Shown here one piece after another: positions 39,001 to 49,985 of a stretch of 64,000 nt of DNA (the first letter of the stretch is position 1; each line of letters opens with the position of its first letter). Below the pieces are notes generated by a model. That model had not been told where the DNA came from. It searched no databases and saw only the letters and a program-made list of their open reading frames with translations. Origin of the DNA: Phoronis australis (taxonomy: Eukaryota > Animalia > Phoronida); contig NMRA01000148.1 in NCBI GenBank assembly GCA_002633005.1, positions 620,001 through 684,000 of the forward strand, in the 5' to 3' direction. The translations under genes were made by a program, and so were the position numbers.

Positions 39001-41317
39001 CTAGTTTTCACGTGTATCGAAGCTTTCATGCGCATGCTCAGTTTGTGAAATGCGTTCCGTACTCGTGTCTAGATGGCTTCTTTGCGCGCCACTCGCGTCA
39101 TTCGCTGAAGTTTGATTACACTTGCGGGAGTAGCAAGATTTTGGATCAATAGCTGAGAAGGTGTACAGAATGGGATTAATAGCAGAATTGATAGGCATGA
39201 CGAACACCGCTATCCAAGCTGACACCTGGCGGCTGATGGTGACTCCTGATAGAGCAAGAGCTCCGACTGTGCAAATAGGAATCCAGCAGAAGAAATCAGT
39301 TAAAACAATCAAAACCACACGTTTTGCCAAAGTCATGTCTCGGCTAGAACTCTTTCGCTTACTCTCTAGTCTGTGCCGTCTGACGCTGATATAAATATTA
39401 GCGTAGCCGGCCGATATGAAAGCGAAGCAAAAGAAGTTGAAAGCAATAAAAATGACCGTTGAATAAATCCAGCCCTGTGAGGATACATTTCTTAAGGTAA
39501 AGGGCAAACAGACGGACGTTGTTCCGTAATAGTCAACTCCGTACAATACCAGAGGTATCGCCGCTATGGCGCAGCAGACCACCCAACCAATCCCCATGAT
39601 GCAGCCAGCTGATTTCTTTGACAGAGGGGTGACTTTAAAGGTAAATATTAGGACAAGCATTCTATCCAGGGTGATTGTAACAAGAATAAAAACAGACATT
39701 TCGCATGCAATTGTGGAAATAAATCCTCCGAGCTGACACAGAAAACTGGTTTTCCAGTCCTTATCATAGTGATAAAATTTCCCAATGCTGTAGAAGTATT
39801 GGTCAGCTGAAGCGATGACCAGGAGGTAGATACCCATAATTAAGTCAGAAATACTCAAGTTGAGAACCAAGAAAGAGTTAACATTTTGGCGCTCTGCTTT
39901 TAAACGCCATATGATGACGGCAATATTACCAACAAACGCACAAGATCCAATTACCCAAATGGCATATCGAAGGAAATGGTCCGCAAGCATGTCATCACAA
40001 GTGGAAAATTCATCTGCTTCGGGTAAACACGTGACATTTTTGTTCACGCTGCAACAAAATCGAAAGGCATCAGACCAGAAGACCGTTAATTTTATTTTGT
40101 TAAAGGCGCCGTCCGCTATTTTTAAATCAGGATCATTTGATTGGATGTTAATTTTCTCGATGCGTCCTTCGAAAGCATTAGCCGAAATATAAATAAGTTG
40201 GTTTAAAGAAAGATCCACGTGACCAATGCTCACGTGATTAAAGGCGTTAGCGTCCAGTTGCCGTATAGCGTTTTCTTTCAAATTGAGAAACAAAAGGTTT
40301 TGTAAATCTTCGAAGACAAACGATGGGATATGCGAAAGGTTATTATAGGAAAGATCGAGAACTGAAAGAAAATTGTATCCTTTAAATGTCTCAGTAGCAA
40401 GGTCGAGGCGGTTGTGCCTGAAGGAAAGAGTCCGCAGTTTTCTGGAGTAGGTCGGAATATTTTTCAAACTAGAATTGTCGCAATTCATAGTCAACATATC
40501 ACAAACACATGGTAACGGGCAGACGTCTGGTAGATTACAGTATTTCTCATCGTATCCGTCGACGCATTGCGCATACCCGTCACATACCAGTTCCTGGTCA
40601 ATACAGTACCTCTGTCCGGGACATCGTAGGAAACCTGGGCAGGCGTACGTGTTACAAGCGATTTCGTCCTCGCCGTTCAAGCAGTCCAACGTTCCATCGC
40701 ATACTCGGTGAGGGTATATGCAGTATGATTCGGGACATTTGAACATCCCAGGACACTGAAATTGTGAGCAGTTTCGAAGGTGACTGTAATCGCGGCAACC
40801 GTCAACGACAACTGGCAAATAGGGGTCAAGATCATAAATGCACGCCATCTGGCGTTTGAAGCATGCTGAATGTTCGACCTTGCAACGGACCTTACTGCTG
40901 CTGTCACAATACGGCCTCAAGTAGTTAGCCTGGTTGGATTCGAATTCAAGATCAACACCATTGCTGTCACCCAAAACTCCCCGGAAGAATTCATCAGACA
41001 TTTGTTCGTCCTCCGCAGTGAAAGTTGGACAATCTGGTATTAAATCATGTTTACGAGATGGGTGCAAACAGTCATACGAGTAACACTGAAACCCATTTTC
41101 ACATCGTCGGCACAGGTCTCTATTTTCGTCTTCAGCAGTAGTGCAGTGCTTTATGAAATCGCAGGTTTTGTTTCTAGGAATACATGAGCCGTCGTTACAG
41201 CGAAACTCGTCCTCAGAGCATGAGGGAAATAAACAATGTAATTCATCGGACCTGTCCTTGCATTGACTCGAATGATCGCAGACGAGGGAATAAGGAATGC
41301 ACTCTCCGCTAGAACAC
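39001..41317 (-). CDS. Receptor exon 3: LDLa repeats, LRRNT/LRRs, hinge, 7TM (GRL101-like core)
   Basis: ORF 39001..41370. Multiple LDLa repeats, CPLPCVC LRRNT, LxxLxLxxN repeats, FCC...C.P..DEFSTCDDML hinge and seven hydrophobic helices. Confidence 0.95.
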
Positions 41318-44300
41318 CTGTAAAAGACAGCGTGCGTAAAGTATGTGCCAGAGTGGTTAGTGAATTTCAAAATTTTTCATTTTTGATTGGCTGTTTGGAA
41401 AAGGAACATTCACTTTGAGAGAAGATGTTATACGTGAAATTGTATCTAAGGTTTTCGCCATGAGTTACGTATGCAGATACATTTCATTAAAAAAACAGAA
41501 TTCTACCTACCTGAACTGGTGTCCACACTCACATCTGTGTTCATCTTCACCGCCGGTGCAGTCTGATATTCCATCGCAAAGCTGTATTAGTAATATACAA
41601 GTTTCATCAAGGCATTTGTGTTGATGATTGCCACATCCTCCCTTTGCAATCATCTCCCGCTCGCACAACACGTTAAGAGGTCCTGTAGGATAACCACCAG
41701 AGAAACCGTCGTCGGTACAGTTCCAAAGTTCCATTGCGTATGGCACTGCTTTGGCGGAAGTAGAGACGTTAATTGTATTGCTTTCGAGAGCATTTACGAT
41801 TCTGCATGTATCGTTGATCGTACGCAGCCAAATACCTCCATATTTTTTTCGATGTTTCCAAATTGACAAGAGATAATTCACGACAGGCATATAATTTTCG
41901 TCAACATCGAGAATCCAACCACCAATAGCGGAACATATCTTTTCAGCTTCCTTATAGGAAAGAGATGTCGACAAATTCCGCATGCTCGTTTCGAGTCGAA
42001 GACATTTGGGCCCTTTTTCTAGGTAAGTCCACGACATTGGACACGCCTTTAGCGTTGCGTTACCAATGAATCGATGTGGAGCTGAAAGTTGTGCTTCAAT
42101 AGAAGACGTTTTGTTTTTTTTGCAAATGTATCTGGCATTTTTAAATTGATAGTTGCATGGAAGCTTAGCCCAGATGACATCGTTTGAAACGGGAAGACGT
42201 CTTACATGGGGCATTGCCATCACAGTGCAAATGGAATGCTCGAATAGAACTGGCTGGATCCGGTTTTTTGGAAAGACGTCGTTCATGTCTAACTGCATTT
42301 GACGTTCGCTGGCACTCATTTGTTTTGGGAAAGTAGTGCACCAGTTGCTACTCGTTCTTGCACTCTGAGAAAAAGGAGTGTACCATTGGCTGAATCGAAG
42401 AGGTGTGCCATCTAACCAACTTCCTTGGTCACCCTACAAGTATACAATTTACTGAACAGTTTAATATGCCGGATATGCATGTACTGCTGGATGTCGAAAA
42501 GGCGTTTGACTCCTTGTCTTGGCCTTTTATTGACAAAGTTCCAATTTATATTATTTTGTGACTCAATAAAAAAATAGCTCCGTATACTAAACAGAGGGGC
42601 AAAGCAATATGTTATACAGAACGGTGTCACATCTAACTTTTTGACATAGAGCGTGGTTGCAGGCAAGGTGGTCCGTTATCACCACACCTTTTTATTCTAT
42701 GCGAAGAAATTATGGGTTGGCTCTTTTAGCTAGACAAGAGTGTTGAGGGAAGTATGCAGATGATACGGTTATATCTTAAGATGGCTTGGAGCAGTCTCTC
42801 CGGAAAACATTTCACATTTTAAACCAATTAGCGAAGTATTCTGGTCTTTGATTAGGTTGTATGAATGGTAGCTATCAAAAAATGTGTTATGACGTAAAAC
42901 TGATATGGGCAACATCAGAATTCACTTTACTGGGTATTCAATTCTCCAATGATTTAACGACATCAATTTTAGCAGTAAGTTGGATGAAATAAAGAAGGCT
43001 ATAGACATTTGAGTAAAAAGAAACTTGCCTTTTTTGGAAGAATAACAGTTGTGAAATCCATAATTATGCCAAAACTTATACATGTTTTTACAAGTCTCCC
43101 GTCCCCTTCACAGGCCTTCCTGAAGTAACTGAACAAACTCTTCTACTATTTTGTACGGAACGGTAAAACGGAAAAAAAATGTCGCAAGACTATCGCTCCA
43201 GACTATAATGTTGGTGGAGCCAGAATGATTGACGTCACTTCTTTTACGAAAGCCATTAAATTAATTTTTAAATTAATTTGGTTTTGTAGACTACTTTGTC
43301 AAAGTACTACAAGCCAATGGACAGTTCTAGCAAATGGTCTGTTATCGAGTTCCAAATAATTACTTATTGTTTGGGATTTCTATTTTACAAAGATGTCTCA
43401 AATCACTTCTAATGTGCTTTGGAAAAAGGTCTTTCAGTGTGTACATGAATTCAGATTGTTAATTCCCAAAAACGATAGTATTCATCAGCCTAACGGTTTA
43501 ATTCAAAAATAATAATAGGTAACAAGCCTGATTCTATAAACAGTGGTTTCAAAAAGACATAAATCATATACACTACTTCCTTAATTCTGATGGTTATTTC
43601 CATAGTTTCGAGGAGTTTAAACAAAAAAATTACTTTAGGGCCTACGAAGCTCATTATATTCTAACTGGAGTCATCTCAGAGAGGGAAAGCATCAAGTATA
43701 ATTCTCCAAAATCCACGAGGGCTCTAGATAAGGGAGATAACGGCTGAGAACATGCAATAATCTATTTATACCACATACTAAACGAGAAACATTGCAATGA
43801 ATCGATTTACCTTTTCTGACTCTCCACGGCTTTGTAACTACTTTCTATGTCATAGGCCCGGGGTCGGAGGTCGTGACCTTTTTTGTCAAATATTGCTTTT
43901 ACTCAAAACCAATTGAAAACTTAAATATTATAGAAATAAATTGAATTTATGAATTAAGGTTTACCAACTATTATAGCGTATAAGTACAGTACAATGCGGT
44001 TTGTTGAACGTGCGATTATTGCGCGTGCTCATTTAAGCATTCTATTTCCACTCATGATGACGTCAGTCGCTGCGTGGTGTAGTGGTAAAGTCGGCGAGCA
44101 GCAATATTAGGGTCCCGGGTTCGACCCCGTCCTCGGTTTCCCGCCAAATCGTTATCTCACTAGTGAGATAACTTTATGAGTTATTACACGGTTGTATCTG
44201 CCATTTGACGCTAATATTGTGGTATAAATCGAACTTATTTATGGAGAATAAAATTTACCACGTTGATCGTCTCTCAAAATTGCATTGCGAAAGAACAAAC

Positions 44301-47300
44301 TGTCAAATGAAGTGGAATGAAAAATGACGTCTTCCGGATACTACAGAATGGTTGTACAATGGGATTGTTCTAAAAAACCCTCGACCTCCATACCCCACGA
44401 CCTCCACGACCCGCTCGACCCCCAACCCCCACGACCCACAACCAATTCGACCCATGACCTGAGGCAATAGATGTATCTTTGCGCTTTTTATATATTTCAT
44501 AATCATATTTTGTCACTGAATGACTTTCCCATGAGAGTTATTTTCACGCAAACCTGCCCGACTCAAGTGAGGTTAAAAACAAAATATTGCGTAAGAATAT
44601 GACCTGAAATAGCGAATTGTGAGCGTGCTATCGTTGTCACGGAAATAGTTCCTCGAGAGGTTACCAATGGACTAATGTAAATAACTGGCTTGTAGATGCT
44701 GTTGGACATACAATCAGTTCTGATAAGTGTTCAAGTTGTAGCGGTTTTACAAAGTATGGTTATTTGCCTCGGCAAGTACCACATTTGTAAACAAAGATTG
44801 AAAAGTAAAAATCCCTGCACGCTGAATTTATTAAACGCTGGCAAGGTATTGATCTTCTTGTGTTTATTGTAGCCTCTAGATTTTTAATGTTAAATTACCT
44901 TTATACTTATCAGCAATGTAAATTGACTTTAACTGATTTTTGACTAAACAAATAAATAAAATTACTGTACTATCGAGAGTACACTGTAATTGTGTGGTCT
45001 TTACCGCACCTATTATATTTGAATAAAAACTTTGAAAAAAGTATATAGTAAAGTGTAGCAGACACCTGAAATCAAACAACCTTCAAGGAGACGCGCCTTT
45101 GTTAATAGAACTAATTAAGTAATCAGTTGTAAGGCATAAATTTTTGTTTCTTGACGTTTCCATAGAAACGAGGACTTCTTGACCAACACGGTTACCTCGC
45201 TAATGCTATGGCAGACATCGACGTGCTGCTGTATTGCAACTTTTGACGTAGACAAGGACCATGAACACCTTCTATGATGTGCGATTGAACTCAGTAATCG
45301 ACTGTAGTCAACACTTACCTGTCCCTTTAAGCCTATGAAGACAATCGTGTTGGTCATATTAATTACATGTCTTTTCCAATAAGTGGTCAACATATTCTTT
45401 ATGAATGCCAATTCGTGTTCACTGCGCACAGATGTTAGAACACTGCCTTCTGTCTCGCACAAACTCTCAGCATTGTCCCATGTTTCACGTTCATTTTGTT
45501 GAAATGATTTGAACACGTAACAGTTCCCTTCATATAAGAAGTAGTTCTCGGGACAATCAGTTGGAAACAAAGCGACTGACGGTTTCTCGATTTTTAACAT
45601 CTGGAATTCAATAGCAAACCAAAGGTTTTGTACTTGAGTGATTTCTACGAGGGAGCTTTGCGCCGTGTATGTCAGATACGTGCTGTCCAACTGATGATCG
45701 GTGGTGTAACAATCAGATTCAAACCAGTGGCTTCCATCGCACGGGCTGTCCAGCTTCTCTGTAATTTTTGGCTTTTCGATATTCGCAGTAAAGTCAGTTA
45801 CAAAACGTATTAGATAGCGAAAGAACACGTCTTGCATCCACTGTCCACAAAGTTGTTTGGTGAAGTAAGATAGTCTGAGACTGATGCGAGAAGGTGATGT
45901 CTCTTTGTTGCGAGGAAAAGTTGAAGTGGGAACGTAAATGTAACGCCCGCACGTGTCATTGTAGTGTTGATTGAGCGCCACATCAACACATTCAGTGCTT
46001 TGAGGATTGAAAACTGAAAGAACCGAAAATGTCAGGATGGTAGCTCGTGGAAAACCAGGACAAAAATGGACAATCTTCACTGGATATATAAGATCACGTA
46101 AATTACAAACTGGCTGATGCGGGTGTATTTGCAAGTAATATTGGAGACAGTTAGGCCGGTAAGCACACTCGTATCCCGACGATTCATTCAGCAGAAGTTC
46201 CGTGATTACATTTTTGAACACAGGAATTTCAACGACAGAGCTGAAATTTTCATGAGCGCTAGGAAAGTGCAAGAAAACGATACATGGTCGATGATTGATT
46301 TCCACTCCCTCTCTTGCTACATCAGAATAAATAACCATACAATCTGTCTGGGTAACCGATACTTCTATTTCTGTAGAAATGTCGTTGTTATTGAAGACTA
46401 CAACGGTAGCAAATTGTTGTGTCGTATAAATAGTAGTTGGATGCTCAGGTCTGCAGAACGGACCTCTCATCGTAAGCCCGCCGCTCGGTAATGCACCGTC
46501 ATAGACTGCATAACCAGCTTCTACACAATCGTCGTCGTCAAATGATCTCTTTGAAAAATAAATTTTTAACAATTTTTGGGGATTCGAAGCTTCAAACGTC
46601 CACGCACAGTTGACTGCCCTTCTTGTACTGAGGTGGACAAAGCGTGGAAAATGTGACATTACAATGCGCCTATCGATAAGCGGTTTACCACATTCTGTGG
46701 GCAACGTGTCACGAAAGACAGAACTATACTTGACTTCAAATTTAGTGTCGTAATATCGTGTTACAGAGAGGTAAACAGCAATTTCCGACTGACTGAAATT
46801 TCTTTGTCTGGTATCCTTGTCCGTTAATAAAATGTTGTACTTTTCTTGTTTACCAAAATAAAACGCGCCGTTGTACACTCTCATCTCTTGATAGCTTGCG
46901 CCTGGTTTCCTTGACACGTTCCATATCAAGAAAATGCCGAACCCAATCGGGACTGAAATTTCCCACACATACAAATTTTGAGGCCCACGTCTAAACGAAG
47001 GCTCAAAACTTGCAGTTGGACAAATGATGATCCCTTCTACGCCCATAGGCATCTTTCTTGGTCCTGCAATCCTTCTCGCCAGGGCATTCTCTTTTATCAC
47101 AGACTTATACGAGAGTGTAAAGTCGCACCTTGAGATAGTTGAGTCGCATTCAAATACCACGTATGCCTGGTGTGACGAAGAATACAAGACAGGAATGTGA
47201 TTTCGGTCACCGCAGTACTTTCCCAACACATCACTCTTATCGTCACTTCCGTCAAAAATCGTAAGTTTGTCGTATTCGCAGTTCACAGAGTAATCCATGT

Positions 47301-47997
47301 TGACAGAACTTAGCTTCATCTCGATCAGTTCGTTGGAATGTGCTGATAACGTTGCTTGACAGTATTTATTTTTCCTCTGCAAGTGATCAAAATCTGTCTG
47401 GAAAGTACCTGAATGGTAAAGGTCACTGTAAAAGTTTTCACAGGGTCCACCTTTATCTTCCAAAGGGTTATTTACCTTATAGTTGATTACCAGTTTTACA
47501 TTAACTTGGTTATAATGCATCAGAGTAGCTTTGAACTGACTGGAGGCCAATAACCAAACGCGTTCCTTCAAATGATCAGCTGATCCGCATAGCTCATAAT
47601 TTGAAGGTCCATACAGCTTGGCAGAGGTTGTCAGGTAACGGCCGGGGGATGAGGGCGACCTGGCATCAATGAACAAATGTGGGTCACCAACAACATTTGT
47701 GTCACATACAGGTGATGACGTTAAGTACATTTCAACGAAACTCAGTTCAATCATTCCCAAAAATTCCGGTAAAATGTTCCACATATTGCTGTAAACGTTG
47801 TTTTCAAAGCGCACATACGTGATCGTGCCCGATGTTTGTTTTAGTCGGATTTCCACGGTGGAATTGTTTTCGCCATCGCCTTTATCACCGTCATTCGCTG
47901 GAAAGCCACTAGCGCCATCAGAAGAAGCTCTTGATGGAATCGGTATGACCAACAACGCGACTACGACTGCAGAAGTCGCCTTCAGAAGAATATCCAT
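39001..47997 (-). CDS. GRL101-like LGR (rhodopsin-class GPCR) with CUB + C-type lectin + LDLa + LRR ectodomain, about 1972 aa, 3 exons
   Basis: Exons 47997-45319 (phase 0 donor CAG|gtaagt), 42433-41511 (ttgtag acceptor; AG|gtaggt phase 2) and 41317-39001 (ttacag acceptor) join into a 5919-nt open frame. The joins restore a split C-type lectin (FIGLKGQ|GDQGSWLDGTPLRFSQW) and a split LDLa (CGHQFR|CSSGECI). 7TM motifs: ITLDRM, LTDFFCWIP, NSAINPILYTF. Confidence 0.85.
41511..42433 (-). CDS. Receptor exon 2: end of C-type lectin 1, C-type lectin 2, first LDLa
   Basis: WLDGTPLRFSQW...W..LPC.....YICKK; CPMSWTY...KC...SYKEAEKICSAIGG...NVLCE; CGNHQHKCLDETCI...CDGISDCTGGEDE. Confidence 0.88.
42440..43830 (+). 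mobile_element. Degenerate L1/Tx1-type LINE reverse transcriptase fragment, antisense within receptor intron 1
   Basis: Broken plus-strand frames give LLDVEKAFDSLSW, RGCRQGGPLSPHLF, YADDT and GRITVVKSIIMPKLIHVFTSLP. Confidence 0.85.
44062..44140 (+). mobile_element. tRNA-derived SINE head / tRNA-like pseudogene
   Basis: A box tggtgtagtgg and B box ggttcgacccc; no valid acceptor or anticodon stem. Confidence 0.55.
45319..47997 (-). CDS. Receptor exon 1: signal peptide, CUB-like domains, start of C-type lectin 1
   Basis: First ATG after an in-frame stop gives MDILLKATSAVVVALLVIPIPSRAS. CUB motifs CEYDKLTIFDG...LGKYCG and CAWTF...DCVEAGYAVYDG...GPFC. CTL start CPENYFLYEGNCY...TWDNAESLCETEGSVLTSVRSEHE. 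Confidence 0.88.
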
Positions 47998-49907
47998 GAA
48001 AACGACTATCACCGCTACAAATACTCAAATCTTGAAGTTTTCGGCATAGACATCAAATGACACAGAGCAAAACTCGCGGAATCTCTTGCTCTTCTCTGAA
48101 GATGAATCTCTGAACTAAATAATTATTTTTCAGAGTTTTAACCTTTTTATTAAAATTTCTCTGACCTGGCAATTTCAATGCCTAAATCTGTTTTCTTCAT
48201 TGAGTGATCTGCGGCGATCAACAAGGATCTTGAATCAATGCCCTTCCGATCCGCGAAGCCTGTTGAAACAAACGCTTTCAATAGCATCCATAGAACAATA
48301 CTTTTTCGCTGCATATGAGCAACAAAATAAATAGCTAAAAACTAAAGTAATCAATAACCAGAAAATAGAAACTCTTCTGGAACCATACAGTTGTTCGTTT
48401 AAATAAGCATCACAGAACTTTCTCTTTCACATTCTGTTTAGTAAAACAATTTAATGTTAATCATCCTCTTGATGAGACCACGGCAGGCTGGTGTATTTAT
48501 AGTACGTTTATGTGCGAGCCAGTAATGTAAACGCAATTAGCTTGGCTATTGTGTGAGCTAGGAAAGATTGATACATTAGGATTGCTAGTAAATATTCTCT
48601 TTCAAAAGAAGCTTCCGGTACCGAGTATCCGAACAAATTTCATCGATATTGTTTTAGCATCATCATACACAGAAGAGTTTGATGCTTTTGTTAAATTTTG
48701 GTCACGATATGATAGAAATACTGCAATTTGTCTTTTGCAAAAATTTCAGCAAAAACATTGGCACAACTTAGCATAACCAGCTTGGGTTAAACTGCACAGT
48801 TGCCATCTCCTTTTGTAGCAAAACGGCATTTGCTGAAATGTAGTACAGAAATCGTAAGTTACTTTCATCCAAAATCGAAAAATTCTTTGCATCAAACAAA
48901 TCAATTACCTTCACTAAGAACAACAAAAAAGAAAAAATACAATCCAATCCTGTTTTATTTGAAGTGAAATAAATAAAAACATTGAGTTATCGATATATAT
49001 TTTACATAATTTATACAAATTTAAATTGTTTTAAAATATACTTAGTGAAACTGATTCTCTAGGGCATGTGTCAGTTTGACATTGATTTCAAAAGCAGCAT
49101 AAGTATGCATATTATATGAATAACGGACAGTTATTCTAAGATGACGGTCAAAACTTGTATCGGTGACTTACAAACGGCATATTGATAACATTAACGAAAT
49201 TTGCATGGTCTGAAAGTCCGATCCTGCGATTTTTCTTGAAGGACTACGTGAAATTCATAATAAATCGTCAGAGATTTCAGTCAAATTGAGAATTGTAAGT
49301 GGTTATTTATTTGGCCAAGGTAAAACAGGAATAAAATTGTGTGTTTCTCGAGAACTGGAGTCGCCGGTTGCAAAACATGCTTGCTACTTGAATGAATGAT
49401 TTCTGTGCGAATGATTGCTTGTTAGTCCACCAGCACAGAGGCGTTGTGACAAAGCAACTGGCTCTAGCACTCAAACACCGCACTTCTGGTGTCAAGCCCT
49501 GCAAAACGATGTTGGCCAACTCGACAAGTGTAGTACACTGTAGTACACTTCTTGGTACAACTTCAAAACAGCCTGCCCAACAACAATGAGTCATGGAAAA
49601 TGTGTACGCGAGAAAAAAATGTAGTGCGTTAGAAAGCACATACAGATTGTGAAAAATAAATTCATCCACGGCAAAAGTGACGATAACACTTGTGGGACTT
49701 AGGTATGGTGATGAGGGCGGCCAATCGAACAAAGTGGAAGTTGCACAGTGCTTGTATGTTAGTACAAGTTTTCATAAAATCAATCCGTTCCAAGGTATTG
49801 ATTTTGTAACAGGCCTGACATTTTGACTGTAAACCCACCTTCAATTATGAAAAAGAACTTTTGATTTAGATCACTTATCCATTGGATTGGATTTCTGTGT
49901 TTCACCA

Positions 49908-49985
49908 GTGGTCCCAATGGCTCAGTGGCTAGAGCGTCTGCACGGTTAACACAAGGTCCTGGGTTCGAGTCTCGGAAGGGGGCAG
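49908..49985 (+). mobile_element. tRNA-derived SINE head / tRNA-like pseudogene
   Basis: A box tggctcagtgg and B box ggttcgagtct; anticodon arm imperfect (gtt, Asn-like). Confidence 0.55.

Noticed and set aside
39161-40742. Plus-strand ORFs antisense to the receptor (and their copies at 58842-60183)
   Set aside because: Shadow frames of the real minus-strand CDS; their recurrence is explained by the duplication.
45115-48012. 965-aa ORF as a standalone gene starting at GTG 48012
   Set aside because: A eukaryotic start should be the ATG at 47997. A perfect CAG|gtaagt donor at 45319 falls mid-lectin domain, and the domain continues in the next exon.
48494-48501. TATAAATA on the minus strand about 500 bp upstream of the receptor ATG
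   Set aside because: Plausible, but expected by chance in AT-rich DNA, and there is no TSS evidence.
49908-49985. Functional tRNA genes here and at 44062-44140
   Set aside because: A and B boxes are present, but acceptor and anticodon stems do not pair properly; more consistent with SINE heads or pseudogenes.
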